Under the pieces are notes generated by a model. It did not search any database. It had not been told where the DNA came from and saw nothing but the letters and a program-made list of their open reading frames with translations. A DNA stretch of 60,785 nucleotides, filler included, from Sphacelaria rigidula (taxonomy: Eukaryota): assembly GCA_964200075.2 (NCBI GenBank). It is 5 parts of 5 records of this genome, joined end to end, with 100 filler letters (N's around TTAATTAATTAA, not from the genome) between each part and the next. Parts side by side here need not be neighbours in the genome. Positions count along the whole stretch, not along the records: positions 12,178 to 24,254 come from CAXNAA020004151.1; positions 24,355 to 36,431 come from CAXNAA020004152.1; 3 more parts are not named here. One strand, written 5' to 3'. Of this stretch, positions 13,402-24,518 are shown piece by piece. The translations under genes and the position numbers were made by a program. The stretch's first letter is position 1. Every line of letters starts with the position of its first letter.

Positions 13402-13556
13402 GTTCTTGGGTGATGTGTGGAAGAAACGTGATTACCAACCAAATGTACGAGATGTGTATTAGGAGTGCGAGCGGTGCCCCGTCTCGAAAGGGATCCGTGT
13501 TCAACGGTCAAAATGACCAAGGCAAGCAACAGATGAGTCTCCCCCCCCCTCCCCCC
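13402..13556 (+). mobile_element. Poly(C)-tailed LINE 3'-end copy (about 155 bp)
   Basis: Aligns by eye with 33912-34071 (TGGAAGAAACGT..CCAAATGT..AGGAGT..CCGTCTCGAAAGGGAT..GGCAAGCAACAGATGAGT) and ends in a C-run. Confidence 0.75.
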
Positions 13557-13612
13557 TCCACCACTTGCGCCCCTCACTGCATCCCGACCCAATATTGCAC
13601 GTACGGCACAAA

Positions 13613-16600
13613 TCATCCTATTTGCGCGGTAGTCCTCACCAACGGCAACGCAGAAGCCCTCGGAGCACCACGGGGCCAGCCGAACATTTTCCCCCCTCCA
13701 GCAAACGCGCCTCCTCCGCCTCCTCCTCCGCTGCCGCCGCCTCCATCTCCCAGGCCCGCTCGAGCGATGACAGCGGGGTTGTGGGCATCCCGTTCTCGCG
13801 CTCTGTTGCTTCCACGCCCAGGCGCAACGGTGACCATTGCCGGCGCTTGCGTCCTTTGGGAACTGGCCATTACCTGTCATTGGTGGGGTACCGTGTGGGT
13901 TGGGGGGTTGCGTGGCCAAACAAAGCCGGTTTGAATCGAGGAGAGCCAGGGGGTGCGTAATAAACGCGCGCATTTAAAAAACGGCACACTTTTCAATTGC
14001 TAGCCGAAAAGAGCGAGGGGCGGTGTTTTAAGTCGAAGAGTTGTGCTATCAGCCGTGGTGTGACCGTTGGATCGAAGCTGACTCGAGTGTACCAGCGCCT
14101 GTTTCTCAAGTCGGAGGAAGGCTGCATGCTGACTGTTGTGAGAGGTTGGCAAAAGTTTGACCGCGGGTCTCGAGATGAAAAACCCCGACTGGTGTGGCCC
14201 GTGAAAAAAAAGGCGGTTCCGGCAAAGTTGCGGGGTTACCTCGAACGCGACGCTGTGACGAACGAGCCTCAACTTGCACACTTCGAAATAGGGTCATGCA
14301 CCACTTTCAAGTCATCTCACTCAAGCAACACAGCAGTTCCGAAGCGTTCAACAGTATCATCATACTACACAGCCCAGTTCAATTACGGTGCCCGCAGCTC
14401 GCCAGATATAGTTTTCGTTGGTCTTTTGATCCGCGGCCTTTTCCTATCGCCGACTGGCTGCGCGGGCTGTCCTGGCTCTACCGACACTACAGTTCCGACA
14501 GATGTTTGGGCACGAAATCGAGCACAAAGCACAGATGAGGACGACAATATCGCTTCGATGGCACTACATATTCAAGATATATGAACTCTCCAAGATTCCT
14601 TAGGGGAACGTACGAATCTTTGAAATATCTTGAAAGTCACGACAAAACACACAAATGTAGTATGAAGAATCATCCCGTACAACTGCACGTATCTCACCGA
14701 CATTAAATACGACGCACCTCAGCCAAGTTGTTCACCGCCAAAACTCCGGCGGGTAGCGTCGGCGGCGCCGGCCCTTCCTGGACTCCCGACTCTGCGCGCA
14801 CTAAGGATGGTGGCAGCTCTACCGTCTCCGCCACATCCCCACCATCACCAGCCGGTACGGATGACTCCATCGGCAACTTCACCACTCCTCCTTCCACGCC
14901 ATCCGGCGGCGGGAGGAGATTCGCGGCGGGCGTCCCACACAGGGCGCACGCCTGGGCCTGCGGTACAAGCGCGGTGCAGCAGTACGTACAGAGCCTGCCG
15001 TCGGTAGGTTCGAGCCCCGCCATGACAATCCCCAGTAGATCTTCCGGCAACGGGTTCCCATCATCGTTACCAATGTCATACTTGTGGAAGGATTCGCCGC
15101 CCGCGGGTGGGGCAGCGACGGCGACCGCCGCTGTTTCAGCTCTAAAGTCAAACACTTTCGTCGCTCCACCCGGTTCGACCGGCATCGCGGGTCCTGGAAT
15201 CATGGTCTCCGCCAAGCCGCCGACCCCACCAGCAAGCGCCGCAGAGGTCCCGCTGGTGGTGTTGTCCCACGACCGGGCTGTCCCGTCAACTAAAGGCGGT
15301 CCATCAGCGTTATTCACATTCCCCACCTCCCGCTCGTCCGCCTCACTGCCGAGATGCAGAGATGCCATCATTTGCGCAGTTGCTGCTGTTGCCGCCGCCG
15401 CCGCCGCTGCTGCGGCAGCGCTGTTGTCCGAGGTACCGATCACGTCCCCAACCGCAGGGGAAGGCGCCGACGCCGCCTTCACCATGGCCGGCGTCAACGG
15501 GTCACGGTGTCCCGGGGGCACCAGAGGCACCCTCGGCTGCTGTCTCTGCCGTGATGACTGCGGCGACAGCACTTGCGGCTTCGCCCACCCGGGCCTTCCA
15601 CCACTCTCCGGCGCCCGCTGATCCGTCCAAATCACGCCGCCCGGTGGTGCGGCCCGCCCAGGACCCGCGCGTGCCTGCTGCTGGTCGGCTATTTGACCGT
15701 GCCCGCGGGGGATCCCTTGGTGGGCTGGTCGGTCATCGGGCGCAAATCCGAGGTCAAAATCTGCGTCTCGGTATTGCTCCTCCGGCGAGCGCAAAACGAC
15801 CACGTTGTCATCCAATCCGCTGTGTGCTCGAGGTGAGGCGGACGAGCCGAAGCGCGACGGTGGCTTCGGCAGAATGTACGTCCCCGCACGATTCCCCCTA
15901 GATATCCAGCCTCGCTCCACGCAGAACTCCACCTGCTTGCGGAGACGAGCCACGCGCGTGCGCCACGGATCGATGACTGCCGTTCCGCCGCTGCCGCTGC
16001 CACTGCCGCTACCGGAGAGTGGCGGCATTTGGTGGTGCTGTACCAGCGCCTTCTCTTGCTTCTTGACCTTGCTCGCTCGCCTCTCTGTTGCTATGAGAAG
16101 CGAAGGCAGCCCTCGACACTCCTGTAGAATAGTCGTTTGGAGTTGAAGGTAAGAACTTAGGGTAATTGGGGTGGTTTAGATGCTTGCGGGTGTTTGTACA
16201 ATATAAGAGGTTAGGAAGTTCAGTGGGTGTCAGGTACGCATGCATATACAAATGATGACAGCACGGAGCGAAGATAAAGAAATGACAAAAAAGAGATGAA
16301 GGCAAAAGCGAAACTAGACGACAGCCGAATTCGCTTCATACACATACCCAGCACCCGACGATCAAACACACACAAAGATATAAAGCGATATCGCACACAC
16401 CCGCAACCTTTTGAAGATGTTCCCTCATCAACTGTGATTGTGTCGGACACGCCACCAGCAAAAAGCAAAAGACCGCTACCATAGCACACACTCAAAGTAT
16501 CATGCGCCAATTGCTCATCGCACGTGACGAATCTCCCCACTCAACCCCGCCTGCCTGCTGCCCTTCGCCCCGCCTCGCCCCCGCCCCTGGCCCCCGGCTC

Positions 16601-19600
16601 GCGTCCTCAGGTACCGNNNNNNNNNNAACCCACCCACAAATTCCGTCGCCCATTCCGCCACCCCCCCTACGAACTCCCCCCCCCCCCCCCCCCCTGCCCG
16701 CCCCCCCCCCCCCCCCCTCCCGTTCCTTTCCCTTTCCCCCCGCTGTTACGCCACCACACGTCTGCCCTCCCACCCCCCCCCGGCGTACCTCATCCTCCCA
16801 CAGCGCCCCGTCAGGATCTGCCGGTGATTCAGGGTCCACCACCTTCCCACCTCCCCGCGCCGCCGTTCCCGCCGTCTTTCCTCTCCTTGAACTGAACGCA
16901 CTGCCACCAGCCGCAGCTCTGGCTCTCTCGGCGGTGTCGGCGCTCTCGGCTCGAAAGACTCCATTGGAGAATTCGACCACGCCAGCCATTGCTCGCTGAA
17001 ACTCCTCGAGCTTCGTTCCGCGGGCGCCCTCACCAAACTGCGGGCGGCAAGTGAGCCAATCCAGGAAAACGCCGACGCCAGCAGCGGTGAGCCGTTCCCA
17101 ACCGCGCTTGCTGGTTTGGCGGTGGAGGCCGGCGAGAGAGCCGGCGAGAAACAGGCAGAGGCGTACCGCTCGGGACGTGGCCGCGTCTTGCGTCCAGCTT
17201 CCGCCTTCCATATCTCTGGCACGCCAGCCCTGCGTACAGATATAGGTCGTGGTGACTTCTTGAAAAAAAAAAAGGACGGTTCCTAACGAAATCTCCTACT
17301 TGGTTTCTTTTCAACCGACGAAGATTCGGGTATGCTGTCGAAAGCTGCACAACAATCTAGAACATTCCGTTTTCTCCCAGCAGGCACTTTTGAGCGGTTA
17401 TTTCTCCCAAGACTCCGGTTCGACAAAACACGAGACGAGGCTTCCTTACGCAAGCTTCGCGTACGTATCCCACCACACCAACACCTGCTGGTCACTCAAC
17501 CCTTACGTCGAGGCCCACATTCATGCCCAAAGCCTTTGTCGCCGGTATGTCAATAAACGGGGTCCCAGTACAGTGAGGTGGATTGTCAGCACCGCATGAC
17601 CAGAGTATGCTGGAGTCCAGCACTTGTCTCGATATCCACGCTACTACTTGAAAATAGTACATGGGATCGAACCAGGGTTTGATTCTCCCCATGATCATTC
17701 TTGCTGGGCTGACTTCTTTGTGCAAGCAATTTGGAATAGCACGCCGAGGTTCATAGCAAAGGCGCTAGTCAAGAATAGGGACGGTAAATCTTTCACAGTC
17801 GAAGCGCTGGATGTAGGGTGGCACCCTCGGGGGTGGAATTGGGTGAGCACGTCCACAGGCTTCACAGCTTGGACGGTCCGGTGACGAGCGACATGACTGC
17901 CAACAAAAGAGGACATCTTCAAAGGTTGTGTTCTGTAGGGTATGGGATTCCTTACAGAACTGAAAATAATCGGGTACCGGTATGAAGGTCATACAGAAAA
18001 CGGTACCGGTAATCGGGTATTTCTTCAAGGGCATACCAGCGCACCGGGTACGGGCATATATTCTATACAGAACTCACAGAACTGTCGGGTGAGGGTATGG
18101 GAGGCGTACAAAACTCACAAAAACTGTAGGGCAAAGGGTATGGAGGCTGCACAGAAAACCGTACCCGCAATCGGGTATCTTATCAAGAACATACGCGTGC
18201 GCTCGGTGACGGTACGAGAGGCTTACAGAACGCACAGAACTATCGGATAAGGGTATGAAAGTGTCGGGTGCGGTAAATACCCCGGGCATACCGAAAACCG
18301 TACCCTACAGAACACAACCTTGATATATTTCACCGAATCCTCGACTAGGCTGTGGTTTCCCGTGGACCGCCGAATATGGTACTTTGCCCCGACCACCAAT
18401 GTCGATGTAATCTCCTCCCTCCCGCTTTCCCCCAACGAACACGACACTCTCTATGAAGTTGAAAGGTATGGGGAGCGCGCACCTCGAATGACGCGGAGAC
18501 AGTGCAGACGCATAGAATGATGGCGCGAACAAGCGTTCCTTCCAACCCCTGCGAGCCATCTCCAGGGGTGGTCCCAGCGTCGAAGGATGACTTCATGAGG
18601 TGCAGCTGCACGCAGCACACCACATGCCGTTCCGCAAGCGCCAAGTATCTGGCGGCGGGAGCAAGTGAGGACGGAAGTGCCGGGGACTGACAAATTGATT
18701 GGGCTGACCGTCTGATACAAACGTGATCCGCGACGACTTCAGTCGTGGTGACAGGATGAACGTACTCTGACGCACACGAAAACGGATTCCTGAAGCCGAA
18801 GAGAACTCGATCAGAAGGAGGCATGATACTGTACCTCCTTCCCTGTGAAAAATAGACACAAACTTGGGGGGAAAAAGCGACACAAAAAAATCACAAAAAA
18901 CGGCGCGCTGAGAGCGGTCCCGCAAGCGAGGAAACGCGACCAGAGGTGAGGCGAGTATGTAAAGAATTACTCCATGATCCGCGATTCTGCTGCCTATAAA
19001 AGTTACCCGAGATATGTACAGCGCACACATTGCATGCCGTACGTCGGGGACCAGAAGTCGTACCTCGGATGCACGCACGACCGACACAAACGTAAATCGC
19101 GGACACCTGCGCATGCCACGTGTTTGATTCACAAAACGCGCGGGGCAGCTACCGGAACACACACCAGAACAGCACACCAGATACATCCAACCTAATATCG
19201 GCACTCCTTCTTCTATGTTCGGGACCGACCCTCTCGTGGGAAAAAAAATCCTCACCCGTCAAAAGTTCCGAGATCGACACGCGACAGACACGTCCCGCAA
19301 GCGCCGAGCAAATAGAGCCTGAATCGGGCCTGGTGCTCCTCAAAGCCCAGCGCGTCCAGCGCAGTGGCCTCTCGCAAGGTAGACAACCTAGCTTTGCATT
19401 TCTCGTGCAGTAGCAGCAAGCTCTCGCGGCCTCCAGTGAAGGGAGAAGCGGCGCATACGCCTCGCAGGTAGGCGTAAAACGCCTCCAGGTTGTCTCCTCT
19501 GCAGGAGGATAGCACGGCCATTTGATTCCACACCTGTGCCCATGCCCCGGCCACCCCCGCCCCATCCGCCCCCAATTATGACGAATGATTATGATTAGAG

Positions 19601-22025
19601 CGCAACGGTTCGTTGATGCGCGCAGGATTTAAAATGAGGAGATGATAAAATTATACACGAGAGTGTCGGCACCTTCTATCCGTGCTCCACAGTTTCGTAC
19701 CGTAACCCCCTCTTCGACTGTGATAAATGCAGCGTACACATCATCATCAAATACAACATGCCATCGGACAAAAGCATGGGAGACGGTTCTCAGAGGGGGC
19801 TGAGCCGAGCGGCAGCAAAATCTCTCGACAGCCGAAATACGACAGCAATGGTTCTATCCACCGTCAGCGTTGCTGGGTAGCCACGACACCCAATCCGACG
19901 ATAGATCAGCACCCGAACGCGCCCCCTAGAGTACCAAGCACACACACTGCAACCTTCAAATCGGCAGATTTAGACTCTAGCCAGAACTGCAGCAGTCCCT
20001 CACCTTTCCCGACGACGGATCCGCCCGTAAGGCACGCCGATACATCAACTCAGCGCGTTCCCACCCCATAACCCCGCCGCCTTCCTCGCTATTGCGGGGG
20101 TCACTGTGAACCCCTCGGTACCGCGCCAGATCGCCCAGATGGGTGAGGAAAGCTTGCAAAGCTTGTTGCCGCCCGCGAGCTTCCTCAGAGAGTCCGTCGT
20201 CGTCCTCCTCGCTGTCCTCATCTGACCCCGCCTCGCCGCCGATCGCGCTGTCCACCCTGCCACTGCCCGCTGATTGGCCATCCTCACCTGCCGCGCCTCT
20301 CCCTCGTACTCCGGGCGTCACGAGGTTGCCCAGCATCGTCGGATAGCTGTCGTGGGTGCGGGCCGCAGCTAAGCGACCGTCCATGATCACGTTGCCATCG
20401 CCACCGCGGCCGTTGGCGCTGGCGTCGTTACGCCCGGATACGCTGCGGGTTGCAGCGTATTGCTTCTCCTCTTTCGCCTGCGCGATCTGCGTTTCCATGA
20501 CTTCCACCATCTGACTGAGGTCCCGCTCTGCTTCTTGTATCAGCGAGAATAACCGCGCGCGGAGCGCCTGGTGCTGTTGCTGCTCTCGCCTCTTACCAGG
20601 CCCGTCGGTGCCGCCGACGGTCCCAGGTATAGCACCCAACTGCCTGAGGCGCTGCTGAACAATTTCAAGCTCTCGGTAGTGCGCCATCCACAGCCGATTC
20701 GGCAACCGTTTTCGCAGTGACAGAGTTCCGTCTCTTCGAACCAGAGAACCGAGGGCCCGCGCCAGCGCCCCGCGCACGCGAGACAGCCTTCCGCTCAGCC
20801 CCGCAGATACGGGCGGCGTACCGGCGCGCGCTGTTGCCGCCGTCGCAGCGGCCATTGCGGCGGGACCCGACACGGGAGCTGCGTCACCTGGTCCCGACCG
20901 GGTTGGGACAAGCCCGGCCTCCTTGCGCACCTCCTCCAACAGCTGCTTGTGTTGCCGCTCGAGCTTCCCGACAACCAAGTACGCTTCATCCACGGTCATG
21001 CAGTCGGGATCAGCACCCAGGTCCTCAACAGCAGAGTGGGCACCGCTGCTACCAGCCTGCCTGCCCACCCCAGAGACTTTGTTCAAAGGAACCCTTAGCA
21101 TTCCAGTGGCTTTGGGGTTGCCATCGGTGTTGTTACGACCAGCTTGAGCCTCCGCGGACGCGGCGCTTGGTGCTGCGCCTGCCCCTGGTCCCGCACCCCA
21201 ACCTGAATGATGATCACTCGGACTTGGAGCTGGGGGATGGTGTCCATGGTCGCGAGGGGAAAACACTTGTCCCCTTGCGCCGCCACTCTGCGTTTCAACC
21301 GATCCTCTACCTCCACTACCGCCGCCACCGCTACGCCCCAAATCATTTGCGGGCCTCAAGACCTGCCGAGGGGTTGCGGTGTTGCCGCCTTCACCCCCCG
21401 TTCCCCGCGCACGACCCCGAGTGCGCTCGCGCCCCGGGTCCCGGTCTCGATCGCTGGTGTTGGCGCGGTCCCAATTTCTATCGTCTCGGTTGTGGTGATC
21501 TCCTCGGCGGCGGCGCCCGCCACTGCCGCCGCGGGGGCCGCCGTGGCGGTCCTCTTGCTCCTGCTCTCTGTGCGCCTTCAGCATCATCCCCATCATCTGC
21601 GCGCGTGCGAGCTTGGCGACCACTTCTTCTTCCACCCTGCGCGATATATCTTCATAGCGCTCTCCGGATGGTACGTCGACTGCGGTGGAGGCGGTGGATT
21701 CGTTCGCTTCCCTTCCGGCCGGCTGGCGTTTCCTCCGGGCCGCCGTCCCGGCTGCTACGCGAGGCGTGTTTGTTTGAGGCACCTCGTCTTCGTTGTCGTT
21801 CCACTTGTCCCGCTTCCATTCCTTGTCGCCTTTGGGCAGGCGGGGTGCCTCGTCGCCGTCCTCCCACAGAGCCCTGCCCCGCGTGTCGTGTCCGTCACCG
21901 CCACCGCTGCCAGTAGTAGCCCTGGCGGCGCTGCGAGCTGCGGGGGTGTAAACTTCGAACCCGCTGCGCACGGCTCCTCGGCCGCTCCTTGTGGTTCCAT
22001 CGGCGCGGGCGCTAGGCTTGCTCAT
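13613..22025 (-). CDS. SMG7: EST1/SMG7-like nonsense-mediated decay factor (EST1 TPR/14-3-3-like domain), multi-exon
   Basis: Phase-consistent exons 22025-20004, 19533-19256, 18648-18483, 17229-16789, 16121-14718 and probable last exon 13873-13613 (about 1523 aa). EST1/SMG5-7 motifs: LGDLARYR, AELMYRRALRADPSSGK|VWNQMAVLSSCRGDNLEAFYAYLRGVCAASPFTGGRESLLLL, GVFLDWL and ALWEDE|ECRGLPSL (two of these are reassembled across introns). No PIN domain is visible, favouring SMG7 over SMG5/6. The last exon and start codon are less certain. Confidence 0.82.
17921..18322. mobile_element. MITE of about 400 bp with 21-bp perfect TIRs, in a SMG7-like intron
   Basis: AAGGTTGTGTTCTGTAGGGTA (17922-17942) is the reverse complement of TACCCTACAGAACACAACCTT (18301-18321). 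The interior is rich in GGGTA/ACAGAA motifs. TSD degraded. Confidence 0.8.
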
Positions 22026-23400
22026 TGCTTTCGCCGTTTGCAGCCGGGTTTGGACGTTTCCGATTAGATTGGTCGCACTACACCATGGATTATGAGTGCC
22101 GAGAGAGGTGGGACGGTAGGACCACAACAGGCAAGGAGAAGAGTACAGCAAGGTGCGCAATGTGAGGGTGACGGGCGTTTGTGCACTACTCGTGTTTACT
22201 TCCGCGACTCTCGATAGTCACGGCGTGTACCGGACCTGTGCAAACATGCACAGCGAGTCCGGTTGCACTTTGTTCGAACAAATCAGACGATGGCCATGCT
22301 CCTCCATCGAACCGTGGAGAGGTCCAGTTACGCAATCCCCCGTGTGGGGACGGCCGGCGGCCGATAATTAACCCATTGAGAAACGAGGCTATCATACACG
22401 ATAGGGTGATCGTTTCAGGGCCGGGTACTACCTCAGACTGCATCACAAGCCATTTTTCACCCGTGACGATTTGTTGAGAATGGTTGAACTAAAGGGCCCG
22501 GGCGGTGCACCTGCAAGTCTGAGCAGCGGTTTGCGCACAGAGTCTGCAAACTGCCGGGAAGGTTGACTATATTAAAAAAAACACAGCTGTATTGACAGCA
22601 GGACAACAGACGGTACACCACTACCATAATCCACCACAACCCAGTTCGCCATATCATTCTCCGTTCGCAACAATCGGTTCAACAACCTCCTTAGACTACA
22701 GAAGCCGCAGTTGCTGCCACCTACGCGTAACCTAAACTTGTCGTTATTCGGGGCTCGGACAAACGCGGGGCAGGGGTTGACACGAACCTTTTCAAGCAGC
22801 ATTCTCAGCATTTCCATGATGATCCATAAAATCACTAGGCAGAAGAGGACAGAACGGTACGCTCAGTACGCTCAAAAACTAGCGCTGGTACACTTCATAA
22901 CAGTACAGCACAGTGGCCCACCTCAGCGCCTCGCGGTATGGTGTGAGCAGGTGCGCTGCTCTGGGATTGTTGACCTGCCCTTCTCTCGAGCATCTGCTGG
23001 TCTACACACCAAAGCAAGAGTGAGCTGAGTGTTGCACAAACGGGTTTACCCCGTGGCGGGGGTGATTTGCGCGAGCTCCCCAGCTCCAGTCCTTCGATGA
23101 CCCTCTCTCGAGAATTTGCACACCACCCGCATGTCCTTGCCCTGTGATACGGTGTTTCTCTACAGAGGTGCTGCACAAGGTGAGCAGCTACGTTATTTTA
23201 GTGGACGTTAGACTTCAGCACAAGCGACGGACAATACAGCGCACGTAAATGTGCTACTGTCTGTACCGTGTAATACGGACAATTGGACGGTACAACAAAT
23301 GTACAGAGAGTAAAGTAAAATACAAACGGTACTTGAAGGATTGAGGCATCAGCCCGGAAAATTACTTGGATTTGAACAAATAATACATACTTCCATCATT

Positions 23401-23745
23401 ATTGTCTTTCATTTGCTCAAAAAAATTAATCAACCATCCCACCATCCACCCATCCATCCTCAAACAATCTTTAATTTAATTAATTAATTTTTATAGATTA
23501 CTACATATAAATTTGTTGTAAGAAATAAATAAATATATATAAATTTAATTAATTAATTAATAAATTGGATGGATGGATGGATGGATGGATGGATGGATGG
23601 TTAGTCATTTGATTTATTTATTTTTTTGAGCAAGGGAAAGACAATATAGATTACTTGTCTTTCCCTTGCTCCAAAAAAATAAACCAACCATCCAACCATC
23701 CATCCATGCATCCTCAAACAATCTTTAATTTAATTAATTAATTAT
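23401..23745. repeat. AT-rich direct/inverted repeat structure with (GGAT)n microsatellite
   Basis: Unit of about 90 bp forward at 23401-23490, inverted at about 23543-23644, and forward again at 23655-23745; (GGAT)n at 23567-23600. Confidence 0.8.
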
Positions 23746-24254
23746 ATATATAATATATTATACCGACCGCCAACCAGATCATTCTCGAATATTACAACTC
23801 GAAAATGTCATTGGTCCCCACTCCCCCCCATCCCCCCATTTTCTATTTTCGAGAAAATTATACTGTATGCATTCATTTTACTCGTTTTTGCGCCCTGTTC
23901 AGCCGCAAGTTGCACCTTGAGTTTCTCCTGGTGACCAATTCAGCATGATAATATATCGGTGTTCAGTGTTATTCCTTTTCAATGTTATGGAGGCGGTATT
24001 TTTCGAGATAAGGGGCCGAAAGGCCGCACACCTGGCGCCTGATGATGCTGTAACCTGACGTGTGTATGGCTTGAAGCCGCAGCTTCGTGCCGGCGCAGTA
24101 GTTGCGGCGATCGAAGGCGTTGTCAGGGCAGTGTGGCTTGAAACGATGATTTTGCACGATGCTGAAATGGTTCCGAAAATTGGAACACTTTCTAATGACG
24201 GTAGTAGAGGGTAACGATATGAAATCGATGCGGATCCAGGGGTACATGCTGTCA

Positions 24255-24354
24255 NNNNNNNNNNNNNNNNNNNNNNNNNNNNNNNNNNNNNNNNNNNNTT
24301 AATTAATTAANNNNNNNNNNNNNNNNNNNNNNNNNNNNNNNNNNNNNNNNNNNN
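24255..24354. other. Artificial contig linker
   Basis: Identical 100-bp N/TTAATTAATTAA/N spacer. Confidence 0.97.
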
Positions 24355-24413
24355 GGGATGCGTGGTCAATGGTCAAATGACTAAGGCAAGCAACAAATGA
24401 GTACGCCCCCCCC
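24355..24413 (+). mobile_element. Poly(C)-tailed LINE 3'-end copy (cut by contig start)
   Basis: GGGATGCGTGGTCAATGGTCAAATGACTAAGGCAAGCAACAAATGAGTACG-C8. Confidence 0.8.
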
Positions 24414-24518
24414 ACCTCGTTGTTGACGCATATACAATTAATGATTCCTTGATGTCGCGCGCGTGCATACACAGGACTCCTCCCTCTTCCCGCTTATTCC
24501 CATTTTCCTTCCATCCAG

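Noticed and set aside
20717-22067. Long + strand ORFs (399 and 286 aa), and similar antisense ORFs at 7630-8229, 14728-15621 and 51138-52166
   Set aside because: Shadow ORFs opposite GC-rich real exons; no motifs and no splice support.
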